64,000 bases of DNA from Raillietiella orientalis (GCA_036172245.1 JAYWIR010000002.1:5890001-5954000); one strand, 5' to 3'. Positions 48,201 to 60,500 are shown, numbered from the stretch's first letter. The notes: generated by a model from the sequence alone, not told the origin. A program made the numbers and translations.

Positions 48201-51200
48201 GGAAAAGGAAGAGAGGATTCCAACTGCATCCGTGCCCTCCTGCCGCCTCAGCTGCCCGCGGAAGAGGGAAAAAGAAGGGTCGGAGCTGCCTGCAAAGACG
48301 GATCGGAGGGGGCGAGGGGGGGGATGAGAATGCAGGAATCGGTAGGGCAGGAAAGGACGCGCTGGACAGGAGAAGCCCTGCCCCCGAGGTAGTCTCAGTT
48401 CACCATCCCGGTCTGTCTCATGGCAGAAGGAGGCTGAGGATGGGAGGCCGGAGACGAGCAAGCGCGCCTGTTGGTGCTGCTCAGGAGCGGACGGTCCTCC
48501 ACGGTGTGTTCGCCGCTGGAGAAGCCCGTCCCGGAGTCTTCCAGTTCTCCAAGGCACCCGACTGGTCCTCAAAAGGAGGGCAAGCGAGCAGCCAGGCGAA
48601 GGGACGGCTACAGAGGGAAGGCATCGGAAAGGAGGAGGAGGAAGGGAAGGGAGAACGGAAAGAAAGGCGAAATGAAGAAGGACGGGGAAAGGGAAAGGCG
48701 AAAGAGGAATGAAGGAAAAAAGGAAGAACAGAGGAAAGGAAAGGAAAGAGAAGAGAGGTGGAGAAGTAAGAAGGAAGAAGAAGCATGCAACGAAGAGGAA
48801 AAGGAGAAGGAGGAAGAGGAGAGATGAAGGAGGTGGAGAATGAACGGAGGAGAAATGGAAAAGGAATGAAGGAGGAGGAGGTGGAATGGAGAAGGGGAGC
48901 AAACAGTGTCGATGGATGAAATGGACAAATTCATGACCCCAGGAAGCAGCAAGCGGGAGGAAAGTGGATAGCAGGGACGCTGCTACCCGAAAATGCCAGA
49001 GAGAGAGGGAAGCTACCTGAGGTGGTCCGCCGTTGCGGCTCCAGGTCGATGCTCCGATGGAGCGGACGCGTCTCCACCACGCAGCACCCAAGCGCGGCGT
49101 CCCCAGCTCCCGCGGGAGAAACGGCTGGGAACGCTTGGGAGAGATCGCTAGGGGAAGTCGTCCGCGGCTTCCGGGAACGCCGAGCCAGCTCGCTTTCCTC
49201 AGCGAGCGTGGGAGGGCCTGAGGAGGAATCCCCAGGACTGCTCGGGTAGGCGCGGGAACGCCGTCCGATTCCCCCATCTGCAGAGAGGGAGCGAGCTCCG
49301 TTCTCCCTCCCTTTTTTTTTTTTCCAGACGCTCCCGGAAGCGTCTTCCCTTCCCTCCCGGACACCCTGCTACTCGCGCGTGCGCGAGGCTCGAAGATTCC
49401 CCGCCGTTCCCTGAGGCCGTCGAGTAACGGCAAGTTTCCCGGGGAAGCTGCGACCGCGGCCGTGGCTACAGCGATTTCCCTTCCCCACCCGGGAGGGAAG
49501 CGGACTGCTCTCGGGAAGGTGCGCCTGGGGGGATGGCGGCAATGACAAACCACTTTACATGTAGTCCTGGTAGCTCTCCGGGGGCATCCCGTCGGGCCAG
49601 ATGGCGGAACACACTGTCCTAGACACTCCCAGCTCCGAAGAAAACACCTTCGTGTCCGAATAGATGAGCATTGGCAGGGACACCACGATGGAAAACCCCC
49701 AGATGCACACGATGATGAAGAGCGTCTTCAGCTTGCTCATCCTCGGGCTGAGGGGGTGCAAGATGGCCATGTACCTGGAGGAGACAGAGACCGAGGGCAC
49801 AAGGGGCACCACCATCCGAGCAGGAGGAACCGCCCGCTGCCGGGCCCCTCGCGCAGACGCCTCCGCGGCGTCCTCCTCCCGGCACGGGAAGCGCGCGTCC
49901 GGCCCGCCCGCCTCCTGCCGGACGGCGACGCCTCCGAGACCATCCGCTTGCGCGCAGGAAAGAAGGGGGGAGCGGCAAGCGAGGGGCGTTTCCCGGGAGA
50001 CCGCGAGGGGAAGACGGGGCGCTGCGCTCCTCCCCCGTTCGACCACTGCCTACTTCCGGAACCTCTGGAGAAGCAGAAAGCGTGCACCCGGAACACCTCC
50101 CGCGCTTGCGCGGTTCCGGCTCGGCTACTCCCCACTGGATCGGCGGAGCAGAGGAAGACGCCGGAGCTTCGCGTGATCCATTTCCAGATTCCAACCGATG
50201 CAACAGGAGTGCAGCAAGAAGGAAGCAGGTGGTTCGCTTTCCCTCCCCCAAGGTTGGTGCTGGCGGGCAGCAAGCCCACCTGCCCCCCAGTTCGCGCCGC
50301 TTCCTCCCCCCTGCCCGGCCCCTTTTTCTAGGATAATCCCTGCGTCCTGAAGTTCGAAGCTCGCAAGGCCCGCGGGAGCGTGGGATCCCGATGGGAAGCG
50401 GCGGAATCCTGGATTCGTTCCTACCGCTTCGCATGTCCTCCCGGCTTCCCTTTTGCAGTCTCACATCTTCCATCAGGTGGCTCGCCACGTTGCACGGGGA
50501 AAGGGAGGAGCGACTGGACCTTCCGTTGTCACAGTCTCTCTCACTCGAGGCGGGCAGGGAGACCCAGAGACGACCCTGACTCCTGCCAATCGCGCCCTAA
50601 GTTCGGGGCTCCCAACCGTCACCTAGCGGGGGGACTCGGAGCCTGCCGCGCAACCAGCTTGGAGCCGACCCTTTCTGTGAGAGAAAAGGGGATTCGAAAC
50701 TGCGACGTTCTGATGCCTCGCAGGGAGAGGACCGGCGCGACCCGCGCACGCACCGGCGGGTGGGAGCACCGTGCCTCTCGCGAACGTTTTGCTCCGATGA
50801 TCCCCCTCGCCTGCCCGCGCAGGAGCGCCACCGAAGGGATACAAGGTAGCGAGCCGTCAAAAGACGGCTCCGAGCAGAGGAAGGCCGGGGCTCCCACGTG
50901 CTACCGGGAGAGGGAACTGGCGGGCGGCGGTAAGCAGGCGGGAGCATCTCATAGGCAACAGACAGCGCCGGGTGCGACCCACTCGCACGCCACCCACTTC
51001 TCCTGCTCATCGCTCGCGCCCGCAGGCGCAGCGGCACGCGCGGTGCTTCCTTGTCCATGCAGGCAGACAAGGGATCGAAGGGAGGAGGGGGGAGAGGAAG
51101 AGCAGGGAAGCGGTCCCCCGGGCGGATGCGCACTCGAGGCGGCGGCAAGCCGAGCCAGAGCACGCGCGCCACTCTCTGTGGTCCGCCGCTCGTTGTTGTC

Positions 51201-53004
51201 CCAGCGGTTCGCAGTCGCTTTCGTGTCCTTCCGGCGGTGATGGAGGCCGCGGAGGAAGGTCCGCAGCAAGAGGGGGAGTTTGACTCCGGTGGCCGTGGGA
51301 GAAGGTCCCCCTCAAGAGGGGGGTTCGGCCCTCAGTGCTTCCCAGTGATATGGTAGGCCGCGCGGAAGACGCTGGGACTCGTCACAGCTTCCCCGATCCT
51401 CGCGGGCGTACCGCGTTCCGTTCGAGGGGACGACTGCTGCCCGTCAGGCTGCTGTCCGCGACCCGGTCCACGCGTCGCGTCTCGCCAGCCACCCCGTCCA
51501 CCGCTCCGACCACACCGCCGCGCGTCGAGGGACGCGGCTGAAGACACTCAGTCGTCCAGGCGCACTTCCCAAGGGAGCGCCACTGCCCCGCTGCGGGAAC
51601 GCCGAGGGTGGGGAGCGGACCGGGAGGAGCGCCGCCGGGAACGTGGGAGGCTGCGGTAGCTGCGGTCCCTCTCCGCCCGACGAGGACGAGGAGGCACGTC
51701 CAAGACCACCACCCACGGGCTTCCTCGAGAGCCGCTCCTAGCTGACTCCCAGGGTTCAGGTCCGTGCGCTCGCGAGAGCCAGGAGCAGCGCTCTGGACGA
51801 TACGCGAGCCGTGAGTTCGAGCGAGGAAGACGGCCGGCTCCTCCGCGAGACCTCGACAGCTTCGCTTGACTTCTTCGTGACCGGGACCTCGGCGCGGCCT
51901 CGTGCAGGTCGGTTCCTCCGGAAAGGAAACGATGGTTTTCCTTCCATGCATCCCCCTTTCCAAGAAAGGGACGTTCGAAATGCCTTCTGGGCAGCCTCCC
52001 TGTCGGTCCATGGTCCACTGAACATCCAGCCGTTCCGCGATTGGTGGAGGAGGCGCAGCCTCCGCTGAAAGAGCTGGCAGTGCGCCTCCGGGATTCAAGA
52101 TTTGCCGAAAACTTCAGCTGACTCCTTCTCTCGGAGGGTTGGACGATAGCCAGGCCGGCAGCGGGACCAAGGAACTCGGTGAGGCGGCCTTTGGCGCCCA
52201 TCGGGCTCGTGCACGCATGAGGGACCGAATGGCGCTGGTCCCGGCAGGGCGGGGCGCCTGGCACACGGGGGACTTCTTGGGACGGGTGCGGATCGGCGAG
52301 CACCCAAAGGGCCGCAAGCTGGGCGTCCGGAAAGCCACCAAAGCAGAGAGTCGCTCGTGACCTCTTCCCCCGCGTGCCCGACGGAGCGGGTCGACTCTGT
52401 CGGGAGTGCACCCGCCGACAGGCAGACGGACGGAGGGACGGAGCAATCCGTTCCTCGTGCGGGACGGCACCCTCTCGTAGTTCTCCTTCCGGGTCAAAAT
52501 CCGGCAGAAGCACGGGGGGCGAACGGACGAGGGCGGAGCGCGTGGTGAACCCACGTGACGTCACTGTCGCGGAATGAGATGAAGAAGAAAGAAGTACCTG
52601 TCTCCGGATATGGCGACCAGCGTGAAGACGCTGGCTGAAATGGACAGCACGGAGACGAACTGTGTCAGCACGCAGTAGAACTTGCCGAAGGGCCAGTCGT
52701 TGCGCAGCATGTACGTGAAGCTGAATATGACGTTCAGCGTCGACACCAGGATGTCTGCCACCGACAGGTTGACTAGGAAGTAGTTCGTTACGGATCGCAT
52801 CCTGCGGTTGCAGAATACGATCCATATGACGATGGCGTTGCCTCCCGTGGCCACGATGACGATGATGCCGAACAGGGCGCACCAGATGATCTGCTTCCAC
52901 ACGGGCAGGACGTGGATGTTCTCCGTGGAATCCACCGTGTTGTTTGGGAAGTCGTTCGTGAAGGCGGCGGGCACCACGGAGTGGTTCTCGCACAGAACGT
53001 CCAT
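30061..53004 (-). CDS. TkR99D: Tachykinin-like peptides receptor (TkR99D-like class A GPCR), spliced CDS join(53004..52598,49774..49559,42359..42209,42161..41965,30214..30061), 374 aa
   Basis: Exon lengths 407+216+151+197+154 = 1125 nt, an open frame. Four GT-AG introns in phases 2,2,0,2. 7TM motifs GN, NLSVAD, DRY, CWLP and NPIVY are present. Segments RMRSVTNYF, LWGSKAIGE, MSNSMYNP and RFRQGF are characteristic of arthropod tachykinin receptors. The TkR99D rather than TkR86C assignment is from remembered sequence similarity, not a search. Confidence 0.92.
31820..32320 (+). mobile_element. Possible LINE RT N-terminal remnant in receptor intron 4
   Basis: PCNWRR (NWRPI-like), KGRST (GRST.D-like) and SGVR (SGVRQG-like) occur in the expected order. 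Weak. Confidence 0.3.
34316..34537 (-). mobile_element. Possible retroelement RT catalytic-motif remnant in receptor intron 4
   Basis: ORF contains VGIYMDDAL (YxDD motif), with little else recognisable. Confidence 0.25.
39747..39788. repeat. Perfect 18-bp inverted repeat with 6-nt loop
   Basis: gttcgctaaagcattgcc-ctcaac-ggcaatgctttagcgaac. Confidence 0.95.
41965..42161 (-). CDS. TkR99D: Tachykinin receptor exon 4 (TM6-TM7)
   Basis: VVKMLILVVAIFGVCWLPFHVYFIITSYHPELTHVAYVQELYLGLYWMAMSNSMYNPIVYCWLNK(R). Acceptor ttggaag, donor AG|gtaatg; 197 nt. Confidence 0.93.
42209..42359 (-). CDS. TkR99D: Tachykinin receptor exon 3 (TM5-ICL3)
   Basis: YNVVFLILTYFLPISAMTVAYSRIGRHLWGSKAIGEDSSVQINSRKNKKK. 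Acceptor ttctcttgtag, donor |gtaagt; 151 nt. Confidence 0.93.
45950..46900 (-). mobile_element. Degenerate R2/NeSL-like RT remnant in receptor intron 2
   Basis: TTVFTPKGP...(KR)HPLS (GVKQG.PLS region), then IRSSPADLQPSLSRAAKATVKFTREKC (S..DLQ..L.....L.F...KC). The catalytic DD is eroded. Confidence 0.45.
48610..48900. repeat. Purine-rich (GA/GGA/GAA) low-complexity tract in receptor intron 2
   Basis: About 290 nt dominated by A and G on the plus strand, e.g. ggaggaggaggaagggaaggg and gaaggaaaaaaggaagaacagaggaaaggaaagg. Confidence 0.85.
49559..49774 (-). CDS. TkR99D: Tachykinin receptor exon 2 (ICL2-TM4-ECL2)
   Basis: (R)YMAILHPLSPRMSKLKTLFIIVCIWGFSIVVSLPMLIYSDTKVFSSELGVSRTVCSAIWPDGMPPESYQDY(I). 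Acceptor tctctgtctcctccag, donor AT|gtaaag; 216 nt. Confidence 0.93.
52598..53004 (-). CDS. TkR99D: Tachykinin receptor exon 1 (N-terminus to TM3)
   Basis: MDVLCENHS...LPVWKQIIWCALFGIIVIVATGGNAIVIWIVFCNRRMRSVTNYFLVNLSVAD...WPFGKFYC...SVFTLVAISGD(R). ATG in strong context ggcATGg, N-glycosylation sequons NHS and NNT, donor AG|gtactt. Confidence 0.95.
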
Positions 53005-53920
53005 GCCGGGAGGGCGTGCTTCATGAATGCGCCTCTCCCTCTCTGCCTGGGGTCCGCGCCGGCGGCACGCGACAAGAAAGAGTGATGTCTCTGCTCATGA
53101 CGTGGCGACGGCCCGCTCGCAACTCGCGGGGGCACACGCTGCATCCGCTTCCCCGGCACGGCGGAAACGCGCGCCCGCGGCCGCATGCGCGCGTGCGGAT
53201 GATTTAACAGCCATAATTCTTCCTTGGCATATGCTCGCTGGCCGTGATTATTCGAACGCTAGGGAAACCGTGACGACGGCGTCCTGGATGGCGGTGAAAA
53301 TAACGCGCGCGCGCGCACACACGACCCTACCACTACCTCCGACGCCGTCGGCCCGCAGGGACTGAAGTCTGCTTGCATGCATGCTGGATGGGAGCGTCTT
53401 TGCCTTCCCCCCTTCCCCCTTTTTGGGAGGGAATGGGGGAAGGTGTCTTGTTGTACCGTCCCCGGTCAACCAGGCTGCGGGAGGATGCCCTCCTGAATTT
53501 GATTTCGGGAACTCTTCCGCCTGGAGCTTGAGGCGAATCGGTCGAAATTCAGCGGCGCTCTGCGGACGCACGCCTGGTCGACAGGGGAGGAGAGGGAGAG
53601 GAGCTGGTCTTCGCATCTCCCCAGAGCGCGGCCGAGACTCATTGAAAGCGTAACCATTCGGTGAACCGCAAGGAGAAAGGAAACCCGTTCACGGGGGAGA
53701 GGACGTTTCCGGAGCATCTAGGAAGAGGAGACTCTGCAAAATAAAAAAAGGGAGGGAAGCTGTTGCCACTGCCTTGGCAACCCTCGCATCCAAGAGATCC
53801 GAGTGAATGTCGATTGCGAATAGTGCGACTCCCCAAAGTTTCCCAAAGTGCAGCGAATTCGGTCCCGAAAAGCGAGCGCGCCTCTCTCGAGACGAACGGA
53901 GATCCCGTGTTGCCCCTGGA

Positions 53921-53954
53921 CACACACAAACACACACACACACACACACACACA
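53921..53954. repeat. (CA)n microsatellite about 0.9 kb upstream of the receptor start codon
   Basis: cacacacaaacacacacacacacacacacacaca, with one interruption. Confidence 0.95.
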
Positions 53955-55249
53955 GGACTGTTTGTCGCGAGAGAGAGATGCGATACACAAGAAGCTTCAT
54001 CATCCCTACTTTTTCTCAGATCATTAGGTCTGGATCAATAAATACGCTGGCGCCCCCTGGCACTCCGACGTTGCTTCGGGTATACAGGGAGAGACTGCAC
54101 GGTAGGGAAACGGAAAAGGACAATCGCTTTTCGAAAACGGGAATCTTCCGCACAACCCGTTTTCTGCTCCAGAGTCCCGCGCTTCCTTCGCGCGCGCCGC
54201 TTGTTCAGAGCGAGCGTTTCGCGGAGCAGCGGTTTTTGCTCTCGCCGTGGTGCAGGTGAACGGCTGAGCGTTGCCGCGCGCGCCTCTGGGAAGAACCTGC
54301 CCTGCAGATAAGGAATTCCCCGAGGAATCTCAACACTAATGTCCCCCTCCCCCTTTCTCGGGGAGATTCTGGTACGAAGGTCGAGCTCGCGTGTGTGTGG
54401 AGCACAAGCGGGTAAATTTTCGCACTGAAGATCGATAATTACCAAGGAAGCGCGCGTTTTCAGCATCGCACGCGCAGCACGCCCGTCCGGGGGCGTCCTG
54501 GCAAAAGAAAAAAAAAAAAAAAGAAGACAAGCAAATGAAAAAGGTCGAAAGACCAAATCCGACCTCGTCCTCGAATCGCGAAGGCGGTCTTCCCTGTTGG
54601 GGAAACACCCACTTGGATCCCCCGTGGAGGTTTCCACCCGGGGGGAGGCACAAAATGAAATCGCGCCGAAATTCACTTGGGTCGCCTCCGCAGGCCGAAA
54701 ACGCACGGTATTAAAAATTCGATCGACAGATCGCCGAACGCCTGGTCAGTTGCCGCGCAGTTGATGCATCAGCCTGGACGCACGGCGACCCCACGTCGAA
54801 GAGCTGCCGAGCGGTCCGGATCGGCCCCAGGCGGAGCAGGAGTTTTCACTTGGAGCCTGGAAACGAGCGCATCGTCGTCTCTGGACGATCCTAGCGGGAC
54901 GCAGCCGGCTAGGAAGAAGCTGCCTTGCAATAAGTGTCCTCTCTCTCTCGTGCCCTCCTCAACCCGTGCGGATAGCACGGACGATCCGTTCATTCCTCGA
55001 CCGGGACAGGCGTCCACCCATCCGTCTTGTCGGATTGCTCTTCCTGCACTCCCTTTGTGTCCCGGCCACTCTGAACAGCAGCAACCGATGACCAACTTGT
55101 GACCTCCTCAAGATCAAAAGAAACGCGACCTGGCACATGGATCAGCTGGTAGATCACCGTCCATCTGCAACAGTGGTGGACGGAAGTCTCACACTTTTCT
55201 GGCGTCTTCCTATACCCTTATAGTGAGCACCGCCGAGGTTATCGTTGTC

Positions 55250-57500
55250 AACTGGAGTAAAAGAAGGGCTCACCAGTGCTTCCCAGCACCTCCTCTTCCC
55301 CGACGGTCCCACATCACTCCGGTGGTTCCCAATGCACTTGCCCAAGTGCCCTTCCGGGATGCTCAAAAGGGGCACACGCACTTTCTGAAGATGGACCAGT
55401 CCAAGGAGGAGCTTCACAGGAGAAATCTGGCAAATTCCTGGAAGCTGCGAGAGCTGCGATCTGTCCGGGAGTGCGAGTCCGCCTTGCTCGGACACACTCC
55501 CTGTTAAGAGGGGTGCTCATTTCTTGCCGGCGGAAGCTGCGTCCGAAGCTGGCTCTCTTGAACGGGCGCCGCGAACTCCGCAGACAGCGCATCTCCAGCT
55601 CCGACGCTCCCCTCGACGAGTGCTGCTTGAAACCCCGAAACCAGCGGTAGGGAGTTTCTTGTACGGAGACGCTTTCAGGATCCTTCTAGACAAAGGCAGC
55701 GGGCGACTTCTCCAGAGGAAAGAAGAAAAAAAGGGAGAAAGGATTGACGGAGCCAGGACTGCGTGAAGAGGGAAATGGTGCGTGTCTTTATGACACCAAT
55801 AAACGTAGGGGGAAGCGTCCTCCATGAGGCCTCTTTGCAGCGGTAAGACTGCAGCGCTCTTGATAAAGGAGGGAAAAGGGCACTCGCTCGCGGGCATAAC
55901 TTCGTTGCAGATCCCCCAACAGCTTTTTGGGAGCGCTGCTCCGGTTGAGTAGCCTTCCAGCTTACGAGGCATCCATTCGGCTCAGCTCTCCATCCTAGCA
56001 GGGAATCCAGGAGCATCATCCCGCGGACAGTTCTGGAAACTCGTGGGGCTGCGCCACTCTGCCGAAGGGGAACAGAATAACTGGTTGCCTCCCCCTCTCC
56101 GCAGTCCAGTGTGTGGAAAATGCGCTGCGTCATCCCCGGATGAGATCTCGCATTGCACCAGCTTCCAGCGCACGCCTCCTCCTGACTTCGGGAACTCGCG
56201 CTCGCGCGGAACCAACGCGTCTGCTCGCGTTTCGGGACGCGACGGTGGCTCCCTCTCCGTAGAATTTTTGAAGGTCGGACAGCTTAGCTGCTCTCCCCAC
56301 CACCACAGTCGTGCGCGCTACCTTCCTCGCCCCGCCCTCGGCCGGAGGAGATTTGTCTTTGAAACCGGTCAAGACGTCGATCCCCTGACGGACAGTTGCC
56401 TCGCAAACTCCGTGCGAAAATAGGCTTCATCGACGCGGATGTGGAAGATTCCCGAATCTGGACTGAAAGGATGCACCCGAGTTTGGAGTCGCTGCTACCG
56501 CTGAGAAGGAAGCCAGTCCAGGGACTTCCTCCCGTTTCCGGTGCCTCCACTGAAAAGCAGTAGCCGACCATGCCGGCTGCTATCCGTGGCCGGCACGCCC
56601 CACGAAATATTTCCTGCAAAGGTGCGTCTTTTGAAACACGCTGGCAACTTAACTGCTTCACCATTGCATCCCATCCCGGCAAGCAGCTTTGCGCTCCTCA
56701 GCAAACCCTTTGAGCACAATGAGCAACGAGAAGGCTTCCATCGGAGTGCCTTCCGAGACTCCTCGCTGATCCGGGAGACCACCCGTAGAGTCCCAATACT
56801 TCCCTGGCCAAGAGTCTGTTTAAGTGGTAAGCATGTGCGCTCTGGGTCTTGGATGCATCACGTGATGAAAAAAGACGCGGTTTGGGAAATTCTTCAGAAG
56901 CAACGCACGAACGTAAGCACTCTTCAATGCTGGTCGATGAAGAAACATCCCCTGGGATGTTTCTTCATCGACCAAGATGTTTGTCTCGACAAACTTCGAG
57001 CCTTCGAGATGGGCACTCGAAACGCAGTATCGGTTGATCACACGACGGCCTCCATGGCAGCGCGAGATCTGTAGATCTGAATAAAAATGCAATCCTATTC
57101 CTGAATTATCCTCGTTTGCATGTTGCCGGTGGCATCCACACTTTCCATGCTATCTCTAACAGACGCTGATAGGCTACCCAGTGGTAAATTCTTTCGAAAC
57201 TCCACTCGCATGCTAGATGGCGTCATGCCATCCATCTTCCTCGTGCTTCACCTCCATGAGCTCCTGAAAATCACGTGAGGAAATGGTTTCCGTGGATTCC
57301 TTCGTCCTGTTCCTTCAGATGGAGAGAAAAACAGTCCTCAAGGGAAAGCGGATGACCCTCTTCCAAGTGCACTGCGGGCCCATCGAGAAGAGACGGAACC
57401 GTGAGATTCGCAGGGCTGCGACCAGCCGAGCGAGCTGCGCTTCAAGCCTCCCAGCCGGAAAGTTGGCTCCCGGCTCGCTGGAGACCCCCGTCTCATGGCA
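55250..57500 (+). mobile_element. Degenerate Utopia/NeSL-like non-LTR element (N-terminal zinc-finger-like region and RT remnant)
   Basis: LRWFPMHLPKCP..GC and KEELHRRNL (~55310-55440). ORF 56541..57074 has RPCRLLSVAGTPHEIF (WRPIS...T.YKIF-like), FEHN, LIRETTRR and GSWMH (GSV.H-like). Boundaries are approximate. Confidence 0.45.
56931..56974. repeat. Perfect 21-bp inverted repeat with 2-nt spacer
   Basis: tggtcgatgaagaaacatccc-ct-gggatgtttcttcatcgacca. Confidence 0.95.
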
Positions 57501-60500
57501 ACAGGCCAGTTCGCGGCGTGGATGAGTAAAATTCACTCCAGAATTTTTTTTCCGTTTTTCAGTCTTGGAAACATCAATTCTCTGGAAATCTTTACAAAGG
57601 GGATCTTCTGAGGTTGTTTCACGACTCGATCACCGGACACCTGTCTGTCCACAACCGAGTTCCCTTTAGATCAGCCATCCCATTTTCACACACAGGAATC
57701 AATGGACACGATGGTTTGCTGCTTATCAGTGATTGAGGAATACACACGGCGGTGGTTCGTTCCATGCTCTTCTATTCCTTATTTTATTTTATCTTATTTC
57801 TTTTTTAAATCACGCATCTCCCATCGCCTGATGTTTGGTTTCGTTTTAATTGTTCTGCTTGGCAGTTTGGCATCGATTTACAGTGCCTTAGACAACTACA
57901 TGAACCCGCCTTATCATTAATCTTTGCCTCTGGCTGCCGCCTTTCCAGTTCGCATCTGCTGGAACCCTGGAAAGATTGCTTCAAAGGGCCATCGAAGAAT
58001 GCGATCACTTTCCAGAAATACTGAAGGTTTCAATTCAAGGACATTTTGCATCCTTTCTCCTTGGATCTTCAACGCGGAAACGTCCAAAACCTTCTTTACC
58101 GTAAGGTCCTTTCGTGACCGCTTTTCGTCCAAGTAAATATGGGCGCCTTAGTTCAGGCATTCTCATGGTGGGAACCGAGTTTCTAGATGAGGATTTCTTT
58201 TTTTTCGGCCTCGTGGTGTCACGGAACTCTGTGGGAATCGCATGCACACCATTCTAATTTGTGACTCGATTCTTCAATCAGAAAGAAATAGATCGCTTCC
58301 ATAATTTCGCGTTGTAAATGGTCATTCATGCCGAAGACACGCTCTGCCAAAGACATGCTTGCAGCACGTGATTGGTCACCGTTAGCATTGCCCATTCCTT
58401 TGTCCACTGTTACATTTTATCACTTCGAAAAATCCAAAGGGAGGAATCGGGAACTTTTCGTTCCACACAGCTCCAGACAGCCCACACCGGCTGGAAAAGA
58501 ACGTCTTTGCCATCCGAGTACATTGCGTGCTTTTCTTTTGTTGAGCTGGTTATGGAAACCGAATCAGTAACTCTTGTCACAATTCATCTTAGCAGATAAA
58601 TCGTACGGGAATGTCCCTCAACGTCTCAAGGATTCTTAAGATGTTACGTGTCTGAGTTCACGGCTTTCTTGATTATGCTTCGGATGGAGGAAAAGCCCAC
58701 TCGTGTCTGGCCTACTCTCAGGAGATTCCGGCAGCCCAAACTCTCTCTCTTAATCTATGATTTCATGGAGAATAACTGTTGTCCTTTCCCATGTCATCTG
58801 ACTTCCACGCTCCAATCGGAACTGCCATTCCTCTCCTCCTTTTTTTGGAACCATCCAAACATTCTTACGAACATTTTTGAATAGAGAAGCCCCTTCATTA
58901 AAGACCTCTTCCCTTTTCCCTACTATTCAGATGTCGCTGCGGATGAAAAAATGAATGAAAGTAAAAATTTCCAGATGACCAGGACAAGAGGAACTCTGTG
59001 CCCGTTGCTTCATTTCGAGCTATTCTCTACATGAGCCAATCGGCATCGAGAATTTTGTTACCGATGATGAGATGCGTTTATCTTCTCTGCGGCTAAAAGC
59101 ATCTGCAGCACGGGCTTTCCGGAATCGCTAAGGAAGATTATTATAGGGGTTAGCGTTTAGTATTGCATTCGAAGGTAAGCACTGCGACGGGCAGCACGCC
59201 GAAATTCTGACACTGTTCAGAACGGGAGGTGCCCCCTCTAAGCATGCCGAGAGTAGCTCTCGCCCATCAAAGCGAGAAGAATTCAGAGAAGAGCAAAAGC
59301 AAGAATTACGGATCTTCCTGAACGGCTGCCTGCAAAGCCAGCCTTAAGTTTGCGTTTTCCCTCTGCAGATGAATGCCTCCCCCGAAACCGAGTTCCTCTG
59401 TGATGGAACAGCGAACAACCCGTCCGCAACTGTTCATGCTAACTTCGACCAAACTCTTGGCTTTGATTTTCGGAAGCTGCTACAAGCATTTGAGAAGATT
59501 TTGGTTGCAATGCATTGAAATTTCACAACACTCGCCGCTAGACGTCACCGGGGTCCCGGAGCTGCCATGTGTGCTCATATACCTCGGTAGATCAGCAGAC
59601 ACTTCCATGACTGGAAATTTTATAGGTGCCTGATGTTTTTTTTTTTTTTCCCCCTTGTTACTGCTGTTGTTCTTTCTCCCTTACTCCCTAGAAACCCACG
59701 ACGGAAACGTAGCCTGAAGGCGCAAATTTGTTCCAGCGAAGGCTCCCCATGAAGTTTACTTGGGGGTTTTCTTTCGTCTTGCAGCAGGTTCCGCTTCTCG
59801 GATCCCCGATGATTCATCTTTATGTATCAATTCGCGTGCTCTTGGATGTTTTTCTAAAAGTATTTCCCCCACTCCCCCTCCCTCCTCCTTAGAACGCTGC
59901 TGAATTCTTCATCTGCTTGGAGGAGCGCGAGACTGCTGCGTGAATTTGTAATTCAAAAGTCATGGGTATCGTATGGGTTGAGCCTACTGATGGAGAGATG
60001 CGTCACCCGGAAGGAATAAAGAAATCCTTGCCTCGATTACAAGATTGAATGCGTATCTGCGAGGAAGCAGGATCCAAGTACATGCATCCAAACCTTTTTT
60101 TTTTTTTTTTGCTTCTCAGAAGAGTGAAGCATGCCTGGGCAAAGACTTCCTTCAGATGATGGGCGATGGTTTCACGGCCACCTCCAGAAAGCCTCCATAC
60201 TTAACCCTAGAAGGGTGACGCGACGATTTCGTGCATTCATGTTTACCTGGTGTCGTATAGGATACCAATTAAAATTATATAAGCATTTAATCATTTTTCA
60301 TAAGCATTTTGTTCCTTTGATGAATTATCTTTCCAAATTATTTTATGAGTTATTTGCACGTTCACAGCATCAAGGCCTTCGGCGTTGGGCATGTGTGACT
60401 TTTTCGAAACAGGAACACTTTTCCCTTCCTCTCCGGTTGGCGGAACGTGGGGACATTTCTCAGTCCTGATGGGCGGCTGAAAATTCTTGTGGAACATCTC

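Noticed and set aside
48054..49553. 499-aa minus-strand ORF
   Set aside because: It crosses the low-complexity pyrimidine tract and GC-rich intron sequence; stop depletion is compositional.
51548..52993. 481-aa minus-strand ORF overlapping receptor exon 1 in another frame
   Set aside because: Arg/Pro/Ser-rich shadow of GC3-rich codons and a GC-rich intron, with no homology signal.
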